Source of the DNA: Gammaproteobacteria bacterium
GTDB taxonomy: Bacteria; Pseudomonadota; Gammaproteobacteria; JAADJB01
Reading direction: 5' to 3'
Assembly (NCBI GenBank): GCA_013151035.1
Contig: JAADJB010000053.1
Coordinates: forward strand, 5,939-69,938
Length of the DNA: 64,000 bases
Under the pieces are notes generated by a model. It saw nothing but the letters and a program-made list of their open reading frames with translations. It ran no database searches and had not been told where the DNA came from. A program made the position numbers and the translations under genes. The first letter of the stretch is position 1; each line of letters starts with the position of its first letter. Shown here piece after piece: positions 32,089-44,853 of this stretch.

Positions 32089-33063
32089 CTATTTAAGGCT
32101 ATGCAGAACCTTCTCTGCCACCTTGGCTGGCAGTGGAATATAGCCATCCTTAATAACGATCTGCTGACCCACTTTGGATAAAACCAGCTTGATAAACTCA
32201 CGTTCTAATGGAGGCAGTGGACGATTCGGGTGCTTATTCACATAAACATACAGATAGCGAGACAAAGGATACTTGTTTTTAAGGGCATTCTCAGGTGTGG
32301 CTGCAACAAACTCCTGACCGGGTTTCTTTGCCAGAGGGACTGCGCGCACACCCGATGTCTTATAACCAATACCAGAATAACCGATACCGTTTAATGAGGA
32401 TGAAACCGACTGTACCACAGAGGCAGAACCCGGTTGTTCATTCACCGTATTCTTGTAATCACCCTTACATAATGCCTTCTTCTTGAAATAGCCATAGGTA
32501 CCTGACACCGAATTACGACCATATAGTTGAATAGTACGGTTACTCCAACTACCCGTTAGGCCCAGATCACCCCATTTTTTAATATCGCTCTTGCTCTTAC
32601 ACTTGCGAGTTGAAGAGAATACTGCATCAACATCAGGAATCGTCATGCCCTTAATGGGGTTGTCCTTATGTACATAAACTGCCAGCGCATCAATGGCTAC
32701 TGGAATTGCAGTCGGCTTATAGCCATAACGACTCTCAAACGACTGTATCTCCTTGCTCTTCATCTTGCGACTCATTGGCCCTATATTCGAGGTACCCTCA
32801 GTCAGTGCAGGAGGGGCAGTAGAAGAACCCGCTGCCTGAATCTGAATATTTACATTTGGATACTCACGCTTAAATTGCTCAGCCCATAATGTCATCAGAT
32901 TAGCCAGGGTATCAGAACCCACACTGGACAGATTACCAGCGACACCACTGGAGCGGTGATAATCAGTCAGCGCAGGGTCAACCTGCTGTGTAGCCATGAC
33001 CTGTGATGACAATAAAAGACCGGCACACAAGGCCGCTAATGATGGTAATTTAATCTTCTTCAT
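32089..33063 (-). CDS. pstS: phosphate-binding periplasmic protein PstS
   Basis: 324 aa with a signal peptide, and PBP-family motifs (SGVAG..., GSSTA...). Confidence 0.9.
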   Translation of the reverse strand: MKKIKLPSLAALCAGLLLSSQVMATQQVDPALTDYHRSSGVAGNLSSVGSDTLANLMTLWAEQFKREYPNVNIQIQAAGSSTAPPALTEGTSNIGPMSRKMKSKEIQSFESRYGYKPTAIPVAIDALAVYVHKDNPIKGMTIPDVDAVFSSTRKCKSKSDIKKWGDLGLTGSWSNRTIQLYGRNSVSGTYGYFKKKALCKGDYKNTVNEQPGSASVVQSVSSSLNGIGYSGIGYKTSGVRAVPLAKKPGQEFVAATPENALKNKYPLSRYLYVYVNKHPNRPLPPLEREFIKLVLSKVGQQIVIKDGYIPLPAKVAEKVLHSLK

Positions 33064-33122
33064 GATTCCTCTCCCGTTATGGGTTTAATAATAAAATAAT
33101 TCTGATACCCACTATACCCAAG

Positions 33123-33166
33123 CAGAATGACATTATAATGAAAACTATATGAAGGTTTTATGACAA
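33123..33166 (-). promoter_or_regulatory. pstS promoter: four tandem 11-bp Pho-box repeats followed by a -10 element
   Basis: Minus strand reads TTGTCATAAAA CCTTCATATAG TTTTCATTATA ATGTCATTCTG, then CTTGGG and TATAGT. The architecture matches the E. coli pstS promoter (four CTGTCAT-type repeats with 11-bp phasing, replacing the -35). Confidence 0.7.
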
Positions 33167-33169
33167 CCC

Positions 33170-34462
33170 TCAACCAGCCAGTATCTTTGCTGGTAACCAT
33201 GCTCTGAAGGTACTCCCCTGACCTAGACGACTCTCAATATCAAGTCGACCGCCATAACAATCCAGACCATGTTTTACAATAGACAAGCCCAGACCAGTAC
33301 CACCAGAATCACGCGAACGATCTGAATCGACACGATAAAAGCGTTCAGTAAGCCTGGACAAATGCTGTACTCCAATACCAACCCCGCTATCGGTTACTTC
33401 AAAAAAAGCCCCCTTACCCTTGCGAGACCAACGAATATCAATACGTCCGCCTTCAGGGGTGTAGTGAAGCGCGTTAAAGATAAGGTTGGCAAAGATACTG
33501 TAAAATACCTTTTCATCACCCTTGAGTAACAGGCTATCATCCAGCTCCAGATGAAGGTTATGCGTACTGTTATCATGCAGCAAGGCATTCTCCTCACACA
33601 GCGCATAAATCATTACGGAGACATTAATCACCGCATCTGTTTTCACCACTTCAGAAGATTCAAGGCGCGATAATAATAATAAATCCTCCACAATGGTATT
33701 CATACGTTGTGCCTGTGAATGCATTTGCAACAGGATACTATTCCACTTCAGGGAAGAGTCATCCTCGGCATCAATTATATTTTCCAGATATCCACTAATG
33801 ACGGTTAATGGTGTCCGTAGCTCATGGGAAACATTGGCAACAAAATCTTGACGCACACGTTCCAGGTGATGAATACGCGTAATATCACGCACCACTAAAA
33901 GGCGTTGATTACTACCATAGTGCACAACACGAATAGAGAGAAACTGCTCATTATTAACGGGAGACAACATCTCCATAGGATCAGTAAAATCCCCGGCTTG
34001 CATAAAATCAACAAAACGTGGGTTACGAATCAGGTTTTCAATACGCTGCCCCACATCTTTATTCGCCTTTAACCCCAGATAACGTCTGGCAGACTTATTA
34101 AACCATTCAATATGACCACTGGCATTCAATACCACCGTCGCATCGGGCAAGGCTGAGGTGGATTTATTAAAACGACTTAGAATAGAGGCTAGTTTTTTCT
34201 TACGTCGACGATTGCGTTGCTGCAACAAATAGATCTGATGAAAGACTGACTCCCATATCCCGCTACCCTGCGGTGGGTAGATCTCTTTACGCTGATGATA
34301 CCAGCGTTCCAGACGATAGATATTAAGCAGATGCCAGATTAGATAAGCGGCAAGATATAAAAACAGGAATAAACCAACACCACTCACCAACCATCCCAAC
34401 AAAATCGCCAGAACAAAAAAAAGTAGCATACGCCGAATTTCTGCTACCCACGGATTAGACAA
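33170..34462 (-). CDS. phoR: phosphate regulon sensor histidine kinase PhoR
   Basis: N-terminal TM segment, PAS-like region, H-box VSHELRTPLT and HATPase domain; immediately downstream of phoB. Confidence 0.9.
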   Translation of the reverse strand: MSNPWVAEIRRMLLFFVLAILLGWLVSGVGLFLFLYLAAYLIWHLLNIYRLERWYHQRKEIYPPQGSGIWESVFHQIYLLQQRNRRRKKKLASILSRFNKSTSALPDATVVLNASGHIEWFNKSARRYLGLKANKDVGQRIENLIRNPRFVDFMQAGDFTDPMEMLSPVNNEQFLSIRVVHYGSNQRLLVVRDITRIHHLERVRQDFVANVSHELRTPLTVISGYLENIIDAEDDSSLKWNSILLQMHSQAQRMNTIVEDLLLLSRLESSEVVKTDAVINVSVMIYALCEENALLHDNSTHNLHLELDDSLLLKGDEKVFYSIFANLIFNALHYTPEGGRIDIRWSRKGKGAFFEVTDSGVGIGVQHLSRLTERFYRVDSDRSRDSGGTGLGLSIVKHGLDCYGGRLDIESRLGQGSTFRAWLPAKILAG

Positions 34463-34464
34463 GA

Positions 34465-35157
34465 TCAGGCTTTCCTGGAAAAACGATAACCGGAACCGCG
34501 TACCGTCTGTATCAACTTATCCATATCGTACGGAATAAGTGCCTTACGCAGCCTTCGAATATGCACATCAACCGTACGGTCATCAATATAAACATTCTGC
34601 CCCCAGACATAATCCAGCAACTGATTGCGGCTAAATACTCGATCAGGGTATTGCATAAAGTGGTGTAACAACTTGTATTCGGTTGGCCCCAGCACAACAT
34701 CTTTATTATCAACCATCACCCGATGAGAGGCTGTATCCAGTGATAGACCGGCAATATTAATAACGTCATCGTCATAAACATCTCCCACACGCCGCAAAAG
34801 CGCCTTGACCCTGGATATCATTTCGCGTGGCGAGAACGGTTTCACCATATAATCATCCGCGCCCACATCCAGCCCACGCACCATATCCTCCGGGGTATCA
34901 CGCGCAGTCAACAAAATCACCGGGAGATTGCGCGTAGTAATATCAGCACGTAATTCTCTGGCAAAATCATAGCCACTCACCCCCGGCATCATCCAGTCCA
35001 GCAACACCAATACCACTGAATTGTCTTGTATACACTGACGTGCCGCAACAACATCAGCAGCGGGGACCCACTGGAACCCCGCCTGTTCCAGGGTAAAGCC
35101 TATCATATCCCTGACAGCGGGCTCATCATCGACAACGAGTATCACCTTATTTGACAT
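34465..35157 (-). CDS. phoB: phosphate regulon response regulator PhoB (OmpR family)
   Basis: Receiver domain ILVVDDEPAVRDM...LDWMMPG plus a winged-helix C-terminus. Confidence 0.9.
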   Translation of the reverse strand: MSNKVILVVDDEPAVRDMIGFTLEQAGFQWVPAADVVAARQCIQDNSVVLVLLDWMMPGVSGYDFARELRADITTRNLPVILLTARDTPEDMVRGLDVGADDYMVKPFSPREMISRVKALLRRVGDVYDDDVINIAGLSLDTASHRVMVDNKDVVLGPTEYKLLHHFMQYPDRVFSRNQLLDYVWGQNVYIDDRTVDVHIRRLRKALIPYDMDKLIQTVRGSGYRFSRKA

Positions 35158-35193
35158 TGAATAAACATCTCTGAATTTTATTGGACCATCTAT

Positions 35194-35216
35194 TAAAACG
35201 GATCAACATTACAATT
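35194..35216 (-). promoter_or_regulatory. candidate Pho box upstream of phoB
   Basis: Minus strand CTTGTCATGAAATTGTAATGTTG is two TTGTCAT/TTGTAAT 7-mers 11 bp apart, about 60 bp upstream of the phoB ATG. Confidence 0.35.
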
Positions 35217-35265
35217 TCATGACAAGCTGGGAACAGTATACTGAATTAAAGCCCTGCCCCCAATA

Positions 35266-35292
35266 AAAAACGGACCCAAAGGGTCCGTGTTA
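35266..35292 (-). terminator. rho-independent terminator of the porin gene
   Basis: Minus strand ACGGACCCTTTGGGTCCGTTTTTT. Confidence 0.7.
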
Positions 35293-35333
35293 CTTCCATG
35301 TAAAGAGATATAAATGTTAGATTTATATATTCT

Positions 35334-36464
35334 TTAGAACACGTACTGTGCCTGCACGAAGACTTCATCACCATCTTTATTGGCGACACCGTTTTCATTC
35401 TCACCCATACGATAGGTGGTCTGCACCTTGATATCATGCTTATGTATAAACCAGTTCAGGCCAACAGAGGTTCGTGTCCATTCACTGGCGTAATTATCCG
35501 CATCCTGAACCTGATAAGCAGCAACCAGCTCCAGCTTTGCAGGGACAACCATATAACCGCCCTCAACCGAGTAATTTACCAGCTTGGTCGAACCACTCTT
35601 GAAGATACCACCGGTATAGCCTGCAGTAACCGTATCTGCAGAAAAACGGTTATATTCAGCATCGATTGAAAAACCGCTATTGCGATAGGCACCACTGACC
35701 TCAAAGGCATTGACCTTGTCAACATCCGGCTTACCTGCCCCGGCAGTATTATTCTGACCATCATTACTCCAGGTAAATGCAGCGATACCAATTGTTGCCT
35801 TCTGTTCACCCTTGAAATCACCCTGGGAGAACTTCAATTTACCAAAGGGATGGAAATCAACACGACCACCAACCATCCAGCCTTCGTTCCAGTCAGAGGC
35901 AGAATTATTGATCACCGTATCAAAATCAAGTTTCTTCTGATCAGGATCAAGTGCGGCCAATGCGGCAGAAAAGCCCCAGGTAATATCCTTGCCATCATTA
36001 TGACCGGTTAAATGAATACCGGTCTGGCGATCAGGTGTACCATAATTGTGATCACCGACAAAGCTACGTTCGACCAGTTGCTGCTTCTTGGATGAGGTCA
36101 GAAACTCGCGTGAGAATGGGAAATTAGCATTACCCACGGTTACCTTCATATTACTGAAGCCCTTATATTGCATATAAGCGTCTTTCACTGAAAGATCTGC
36201 CTTGCCCATATCCCACTGGAACTTGCCCTTCCAGTCCTTGTGCAGGCTACCTTCGATGTAAGGACGGAAGCGACGGAAGAACAATGATGATTCATCCGCA
36301 CTTCCATTTTTAAATTCATTATCATGATACTGTAGCTGAATACGGCCACCAACCTTCAGATATTTTTCACCATCCTTATATACAGTAATACCTGCAATAG
36401 ATGACACACTAACAACACTCGCAGCGATCCCGGCTGCTACCAATAGATTCATTTTTCTGGACAT
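35334..36464 (-). CDS. outer-membrane anion-selective porin, phosphate-selective porin O/P (OprO/OprP) family
   Basis: Signal peptide; beta-barrel with alternating hydrophobic strands and a C-terminal F. Its context is directly upstream of phoBR. The family assignment is made from overall resemblance, with moderate certainty. Confidence 0.6.
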   Translation of the reverse strand: MSRKMNLLVAAGIAASVVSVSSIAGITVYKDGEKYLKVGGRIQLQYHDNEFKNGSADESSLFFRRFRPYIEGSLHKDWKGKFQWDMGKADLSVKDAYMQYKGFSNMKVTVGNANFPFSREFLTSSKKQQLVERSFVGDHNYGTPDRQTGIHLTGHNDGKDITWGFSAALAALDPDQKKLDFDTVINNSASDWNEGWMVGGRVDFHPFGKLKFSQGDFKGEQKATIGIAAFTWSNDGQNNTAGAGKPDVDKVNAFEVSGAYRNSGFSIDAEYNRFSADTVTAGYTGGIFKSGSTKLVNYSVEGGYMVVPAKLELVAAYQVQDADNYASEWTRTSVGLNWFIHKHDIKVQTTYRMGENENGVANKDGDEVFVQAQYVF

Positions 36465-36687
36465 ACAATCTCCAACGCCATTCAGGATGGCTTACTCGTT
36501 TAGTTATTAAGACGAGCGCTATTATCTGTAGCGTTAATGACAGCAATGTGAAGGCTTGATGAATTTTTTATGACCAGGGAATTCGTAATGATTTTTTTGC
36601 TCAAGTATTGTATAATGTGCCTCCGTTCAAAAGACGGGCAAGCGTGACCTCTACCTTATCTTTACTTATCTTCACTCAGGCTATTCA

Positions 36688-38415
36688 ATGAAATTGACAT
36701 CGCTATTCCCCTTTCTTGTCTGGTTTAAAATTATCACCAGAGAATCGATCAAGGCTGACCTTATTGCCGGACTCACCGGTGCCGTCATTGTCCTGCCTCA
36801 AGGCGTAGCCTTTGCTACCATTGCCGGTCTGCCACCTGAGTACGGTCTGTATACCGCAATGGTGACACCCATTATCGCCGCCCTGTTTGGATCTTCCCTG
36901 CACCTGGTTTCCGGCCCAACCACAGCCATATCCATTGTTATCTTCAGTGCCATTAGTCACCATGCCGAGCCCGGCACCGCAGAATTTTTAAACCAGGCGT
37001 TAACACTCACATTCCTCGCCGGCGTCTATCAATTCGCCTTTGGTCTGGCACGCATGGGGGCACTGGTTAATTTTGTCTCCCATACCGTTGTCATTGGTTT
37101 TACCGCTGGTGCAGCCATTCTAATTGCAACCAGCCAAATGAAACACATCACCGGTATTATTGTCCCTAAAGGTGAATCCTTTCTGCATACCTGGGCTTAC
37201 CTGTTCCGAGAGGCTGATAACACCAATATTTATCTGCTCATTATTGCTCTGGTGACCTTATTTACTGCCATTATCAGCAAAAAGATAGCACCCAAATTAC
37301 CCAACTTGCTCATAGGTATGGTTGTGGGTAGCATTAGCGCCATACTAATGAAAGATTTTGCCACCGATATCAAACTGGTCGGTGAGATACCGGCACAACT
37401 CCCCCCATTATCCAGCCCTGAATTTTCCCTTGCCACGATCAAGTCACTAGCACCTGAGGCATTTGCCATTGCCTTGTTAGGCCTGATTGAAGCGGTATCC
37501 ATCAGTCGATCAGTCGCAACAAGATCACATCAGCGCATCGATTCCAATCAGGAATTTATTGGTCAGGGTCTGTCCAACATTGTTGGTAGCTTCTTTTCCA
37601 GTTATGCTGGATCAGGATCATTTACCCGTTCCGGCATCAATTATGAGGCCGGCGCCAAAACGCCACTTTCTGCCATATTTGCAGCCATCTCATTAATGAT
37701 TATTGTCTTGCTTATTGCACCATTAACCGCCTATCTTCCTATTGCATCCATGGGTGGGATTATTTTACTGGTTGCCTATAATCTTATTGATATCCATCAT
37801 ATTCGTCAGACCCTGCATTTCAGCAAAACAGAGTCTTCCATTCTGCTAACCACCTTCTTTGCCACCCTGTTTCTTGAACTTGAATTTGCTATTTATCTGG
37901 GCGTGATATTATCCCTTGTCTTATTTCTGGCCAAGACATCGACACCGGATATTGCCACCCTGAGCTTTGATTCTCTATCTAATGACAAGAAAAGAAAGTT
38001 GGTCAATATCAATCAAAAACCAGTGAAACAATGTCCGCAATTAAAGATAATCCGCATTGATATGTCAGTCTATTTTGGTTCCATCAATCACATACAAAAA
38101 CATATTGCCAAAGTCTCTGAGGAAAACCATATCAAACACATACTGATTGTGGCGAGCGGCATTAACTTCATTGACCTTGCCGGTGGCGAGGCGTTAATAG
38201 TAGAAAATGATCGACTAAAAGAACAAGGTGGTGGGCTATATTTTGTCGGCCTAAAATCATCTGTTTATGAATTTGCAGCACGATCCTCTTTTATTAGAAA
38301 GATGGGCAGCAATCACTTCTTTGACACCAAAACACAAGCCATCAGCAGTATCTACAAACATCTGGATCCAGATATCTGTTCAACATGCCAAGCACGCATC
38401 TTCAAGGAGTGTCGA

Positions 38416-38433
<18 letters not shown>
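36688..38433 (+). CDS. SulP-family inorganic anion transporter with C-terminal STAS domain
   Basis: 581 aa, about 11 TM segments, SulP signature region and a C-terminal STAS (anti-sigma-antagonist-like) domain. Confidence 0.85.
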
Positions 38434-40636
<2,203 letters not shown>

Positions 40637-40701
40637 TTAAAGATATACACCTAACTAAAAGAGCCAAAGGTTGGTAAACCCACCCACATTACAAACAAAA
40701 A

Positions 40702-40727
40702 AGCCCCGTACAATAACGGGGCTTTCT
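40702..40727 (-). terminator. rho-independent terminator after rpmA
   Basis: Minus strand AAAGCCCCGTTATTGTACGGGGCTTTTTTG. Confidence 0.7.
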
Positions 40728-40744
40728 AACGAATATTACAACAC

Positions 40745-41005
40745 TTAACCCGCAGCAATAATATCCACAAACTTGTGATTATTGGCACCACGCACAGCAA
40801 ACTTTACAACACCATCGGCCTTGGCAAACAAGGTGTGATCCTTGCCACAACCAACATTAACGCCCGGACGGAAACGAGTGCCACGCTGACGCACTAGAAT
40901 ACTACCAGCGGATACTTCCTGCCCACCATAGCGTTTAATCCCAAGCCGTTTTGATTCCGAATCACGACCGTTACGGGTACTACCACCTGCTTTTTTATGT
41001 GCCAT
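40745..41005 (-). CDS. rpmA: 50S ribosomal protein L27
   Basis: [22 protein letters not shown]... Confidence 0.95.
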   Translation of the reverse strand: MAHKKAGGSTRNGRDSESKRLGIKRYGGQEVSAGSILVRQRGTRFRPGVNVGCGKDHTLFAKADGVVKFAVRGANNHKFVDIIAAG

Positions 41006-41030
41006 TGCTCATTACTCCCAATCACTCAAA

Positions 41031-41342
41031 TCAACAGGTAATCCCGGTGATCTCTAATTCTGTATAAGACTGACGATGTCCCTGACGCTTCATATGGTGT
41101 TTACGACGACGAAACTTGATGATTTCAACCTTTTTAGCACGACCATTGGCACGCACCTTGGCTTCAACCTTACCACCATCAACTAATGGCGTACCTAACT
41201 TGATGTCATCGCCATCAGCAACCATCAAAACCTGATCAAACTCAACCGCATCACCTTCGGCAACGTTAAGCTTTTCAACACGTAAAACATCACCCTGGGC
41301 TACACGATACTGCTTGCCACCCGTTTTAATTACAGCATACAT
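41031..41342 (-). CDS. rplU: 50S ribosomal protein L21
   Basis: [25 protein letters not shown]. The ORF track extends 27 codons further upstream, but the conserved start is the MYAVIK Met. Confidence 0.9.
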   Translation of the reverse strand: MYAVIKTGGKQYRVAQGDVLRVEKLNVAEGDAVEFDQVLMVADGDDIKLGTPLVDGGKVEAKVRANGRAKKVEIIKFRRRKHHMKRQGHRQSYTELEITGITC

Positions 41343-41500
41343 TACTGAATCTCCAACAATTTTGTTCAGGAAGCCTGAAAGACCGCGTATTTTATAGACT
41401 TCCCTGCCTAAGGTCAAGTCCAACTTTTACCACAAGCACTGTGGTCTTCATAGTGCCACTTGAGGTAAACTACCCCTTCTAGAATAGTACATGGAATACC

Positions 41501-42502
41501 ATGAGCCAAGCCCTCAAGACATCGAACCAAACCCTGTCCCTTGATCAAATTCGTGAATTAATCGGGTCAGACATACAGGCTGTGGATAAGTTAATCCTTG
41601 ATAGCTTGCACTCCAATGTCCTGTTAATCAACCAAATCGGACACTATATTGTAAACAGTGGGGGCAAACGCCTGCGTCCCTTGCTTGTTCTACTCGCTGC
41701 CCGCACCTGTAATTACACAGGTAACAACCATATTGATCTTGCTGCGATTATTGAATTTATCCACACTGCCACTCTGCTACACGATGATGTTGTCGATGCC
41801 TCGGATATGCGGCGGGGTAATGAAACCGCCAATGCCATCTGGGGTAATGAGGCCAGTGTATTAGTTGGCGATTTTCTCTATTCCCGTGCCTTTGAAATGA
41901 TGGTAAAGACTGGCAGTATGCGCATTATGGAGATCATGGCACATACCACTAACACCATTGCCGAGGGTGAGGTGATGCAATTACTCAATTGCAATGATGC
42001 AGATACCACGGAAGCACGTTACATGGACGTGGTACAACGCAAGACTGCAATCTTGTTTGAAGCCGCTTCTCGTATCGGAGCCATCCTGGGCAAACAGGAC
42101 ACACCAATGGAACAGGCACTAGCTAACTATGGTCGCCATCTGGGGCTCGCCTTTCAGCTCATTGATGACGCACTGGATTACAGTGCTGACCCTGAGGAAA
42201 CAGGTAAAAATCTAGGCGATGACCTGGCTGAAGGCAAGCCCACCCTACCCCTGATCTACGCTATGCGTACCGGCAACAAGGAACAACAACAGATTATTCG
42301 TCATGCCATTGAACAAGGTGGCCACGAACATATTGACTCGGTACAACAAATCATCAAGGCGACCAACGCCATCAAATATACCACTCAGAGTGCCCATGAA
42401 CAGGCAGAGAAGGCGATACACGCCTTGACCACACTACCCGAATCACCCTATAAGGATGCCCTGCACACCCTTGCAGAGTTTTCGGTTCATCGCTCCTATT
42501 AA
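41501..42502 (+). CDS. ispB: octaprenyl-diphosphate synthase
   Basis: Trans-prenyltransferase DDxxD motifs (LLHDDVVDASDMRRG and FQLIDDALDY). It is divergent from rplU-rpmA, as in E. coli. Confidence 0.9.
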   Translation: MSQALKTSNQTLSLDQIRELIGSDIQAVDKLILDSLHSNVLLINQIGHYIVNSGGKRLRPLLVLLAARTCNYTGNNHIDLAAIIEFIHTATLLHDDVVDASDMRRGNETANAIWGNEASVLVGDFLYSRAFEMMVKTGSMRIMEIMAHTTNTIAEGEVMQLLNCNDADTTEARYMDVVQRKTAILFEAASRIGAILGKQDTPMEQALANYGRHLGLAFQLIDDALDYSADPEETGKNLGDDLAEGKPTLPLIYAMRTGNKEQQQIIRHAIEQGGHEHIDSVQQIIKATNAIKYTTQSAHEQAEKAIHALTTLPESPYKDALHTLAEFSVHRSY

Positions 42503-42510
42503 AAACGATT
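42415..42510 (+). repeat. direct repeat A, the last ~85 nt of ispB plus stop and 8 nt; left boundary of the islet
   Basis: About 86% identical to 49149-49245 when aligned by eye, with one 1-nt indel. Confidence 0.75.
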
Positions 42511-42645
42511 GCCCGGAGGAGATTGAATCCGACATCAAAGCGGCGTAATATCCTGCTAGAAGCTAGATTTTAGAAAAGTAGGCTGCTATGTGCATGACAT
42601 AAACTCAGCTGACTTTCCCGTATCAATAGCTCTACGAGATACTGA

Positions 42646-44853
42646 ATGAAACGCTATAACCACTTGTTATTATTTTGTATTTTATTGTCTGCAGAAACTT
42701 TAGCAGCAGCGGGGGACAACGGAGCAGGGATAGATCTCTGGCAAATATCCGGTAGTAATACTTTACGCTATGATTATTACAATAACTCTGGTGACATTGC
42801 GGCATCACCCTATCGTTTCAGTAATACACAGATTTACGATGAGTTTAATCTCAATTTCAAGCGGCAACTATCACCCTATAACCGGCTACAAGGCAATGTC
42901 AGTGGCTTATTTAATGATTCATTATATCGCAGCCGTTTTCAGGGTGGCAGTATAGAACGCTTCAGCTTGAAACAGGAAAATGGAGCAGTTAATCTGCCGT
43001 ACCGTGCCGAAGTCGGTGACTTATTTGCCTTTCAGAGTTTTCGTACCATCCAGCGTACTCTGAAGGGCGCACAGATTGAACTGCAACCTGATTTGGCTAC
43101 CGATACCCAACACTCTATCATAGTCTTTACCGGTAGTGCCTCAGCAGATTGGCGTGATATCAAATCTACGGATGGCTGGAGCAGTGGTATTTCCTGGTTA
43201 GCACAAGGTTCTGCCTGGGGCAAGCTTGCGGCCAATTTTCTCAACAATTACAAGAGCACAAATGCAACAACATTAACCGCTTCAACACAGCAGACGATAT
43301 ATAGCCTTGCCTACGAAAATCAGCCGCAGTGGTTTGGTCAAGCACTGACGCTTGAAGGAGAAGCGGGTTATTTTAATGGTGATCATGCTGACATTGCTGG
43401 TGTGGGTAGCGGCAAAGACAAGCAAGGCAGTGCGCTGTTCGCACAAATATCAGGCCGCCCTACTACATTGCCTGCACTGAATTACCGTCTTCGTTACGAA
43501 TCCTACGATCAGGATTATCGTCCTGATACCGCCTCGATTCAGCCAGACCGTCTCTCCAGAGAGGGTCATTTGTCCTGGCGTTTTAACAATGGCCTAACAT
43601 TACGCGGCCGACGGCAAAATTTTTATAGCAACAAGGGTACCGTCAACCCGCTGACAACCGATGTCTATGGCCTTAATCTTAGCGGGCCATTTTCAATTGG
43701 AAACGTATCCCCCCTGTCAGGCAATATTGATGCCTTCAAACAAACAGCAGAGAGTCGTAACCGTGCCACGATTACCGATACCCGAGTGGTCAATATAAAT
43801 GTCAGTCAAAGCCTGAGTCGGGATATTTCTATTCGCGGCGGATTTTTTTATTCGAATATCAATAACAAAGCTATTCCACAAAACCTCTCCATTACGCGAC
43901 AATATCTAACCGGTCTCAATTTCAAGGCTCAATGGCGGGGTTTCTCCGGCACTATATCTCCAGCATTTGTAATAAGGAGGTTGGATAACTCAGGCAAACG
44001 CACTAGCTGGGAGCGCAATCCCACCTTGAGCCTCAATGCCAGTCGTGGCCCACATACACTCTCATTTTCTCACGCGGTGCTGAGTCAGGGAGGAGCAGCC
44101 GCAGGCTTGGGGCAGTTAACTCGGACTAGTGGGATGAATTATCGCTATACACAAAAAAGCTATACTTTTGGGCTCGAAGGTAACTGGTATCAACGCAACC
44201 CCGATAGTCCCCTTAGCCGTAACACGGATGCCTGGCGTATTGGTGCTTACTGGACGTTAAACTTTGATAAACCAGTAAAGCAGGTCATCGCGGGGTCGTT
44301 AGCTGCGTCATCATCAGGAATGCGGGCTGTCGCACCATCATCACGACTAGCGCTTGATCTCACAAGACTGACACCAGGGATGATGGAAGGAGAGGCACGT
44401 AAGATCGCAATAAATAGTGATTTGGGTAAACCGACAAAACAACCGGGGCTATTGGTCTGGTTTAACCGCATTTTCCGTGATCTGGATCAAAGCCAACGAT
44501 TGGTCATACAACTGTTAAATAGTGAGCTCGCGCGTTCAGCGATTATTATTGATTTTGATGACGTGGGTGACAGTCAAAGTGTTGAACAAACCTTTGAACG
44601 AGTACGCCAGCAATTATTGTTGCGCTATGGTACTCCTGACTCATTTTTCGAGCAGGGAGATTTTACTGCGAACATAGCACTGGAATTATCTTCCGAGCGT
44701 TTTTATCGTAGCATGCAATGGGAAATAGCAGATGGTGTACTGCGCTTTGGCATACCACGTAGGCTGGATGGACAAGTACGGATGGAAATACAGTTTGCAC
44801 GTGAATTCCCGACTATTAAAGAGTCTCTATGGAGTCTGGAGGAATTACAATGA
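42646..44853 (+). CDS. exported hypothetical protein, probable outer-membrane beta-barrel with about 190-aa C-terminal extension
   Basis: Signal peptide MKRYNHLLLFCILLSAETLAAA. Long run of alternating amphipathic beta-strand-like segments rich in Y/R/N/G, with an internal OMP-like terminal-strand signature (RIGAYWTLNF) near residue 545, followed by a further non-barrel-like domain. Confidence 0.5.
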   Translation: MKRYNHLLLFCILLSAETLAAAGDNGAGIDLWQISGSNTLRYDYYNNSGDIAASPYRFSNTQIYDEFNLNFKRQLSPYNRLQGNVSGLFNDSLYRSRFQGGSIERFSLKQENGAVNLPYRAEVGDLFAFQSFRTIQRTLKGAQIELQPDLATDTQHSIIVFTGSASADWRDIKSTDGWSSGISWLAQGSAWGKLAANFLNNYKSTNATTLTASTQQTIYSLAYENQPQWFGQALTLEGEAGYFNGDHADIAGVGSGKDKQGSALFAQISGRPTTLPALNYRLRYESYDQDYRPDTASIQPDRLSREGHLSWRFNNGLTLRGRRQNFYSNKGTVNPLTTDVYGLNLSGPFSIGNVSPLSGNIDAFKQTAESRNRATITDTRVVNINVSQSLSRDISIRGGFFYSNINNKAIPQNLSITRQYLTGLNFKAQWRGFSGTISPAFVIRRLDNSGKRTSWERNPTLSLNASRGPHTLSFSHAVLSQGGAAAGLGQLTRTSGMNYRYTQKSYTFGLEGNWYQRNPDSPLSRNTDAWRIGAYWTLNFDKPVKQVIAGSLAASSSGMRAVAPSSRLALDLTRLTPGMMEGEARKIAINSDLGKPTKQPGLLVWFNRIFRDLDQSQRLVIQLLNSELARSAIIIDFDDVGDSQSVEQTFERVRQQLLLRYGTPDSFFEQGDFTANIALELSSERFYRSMQWEIADGVLRFGIPRRLDGQVRMEIQFAREFPTIKESLWSLEELQ

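Noticed and set aside
36465-36687. Possible second full Pho box upstream of the porin gene
   Set aside because: There is one good CTGTCAT half-site, but the partner 7-mer 11 bp away (GCTACAG) is poor. It is kept only as a remark under the Pho finding.
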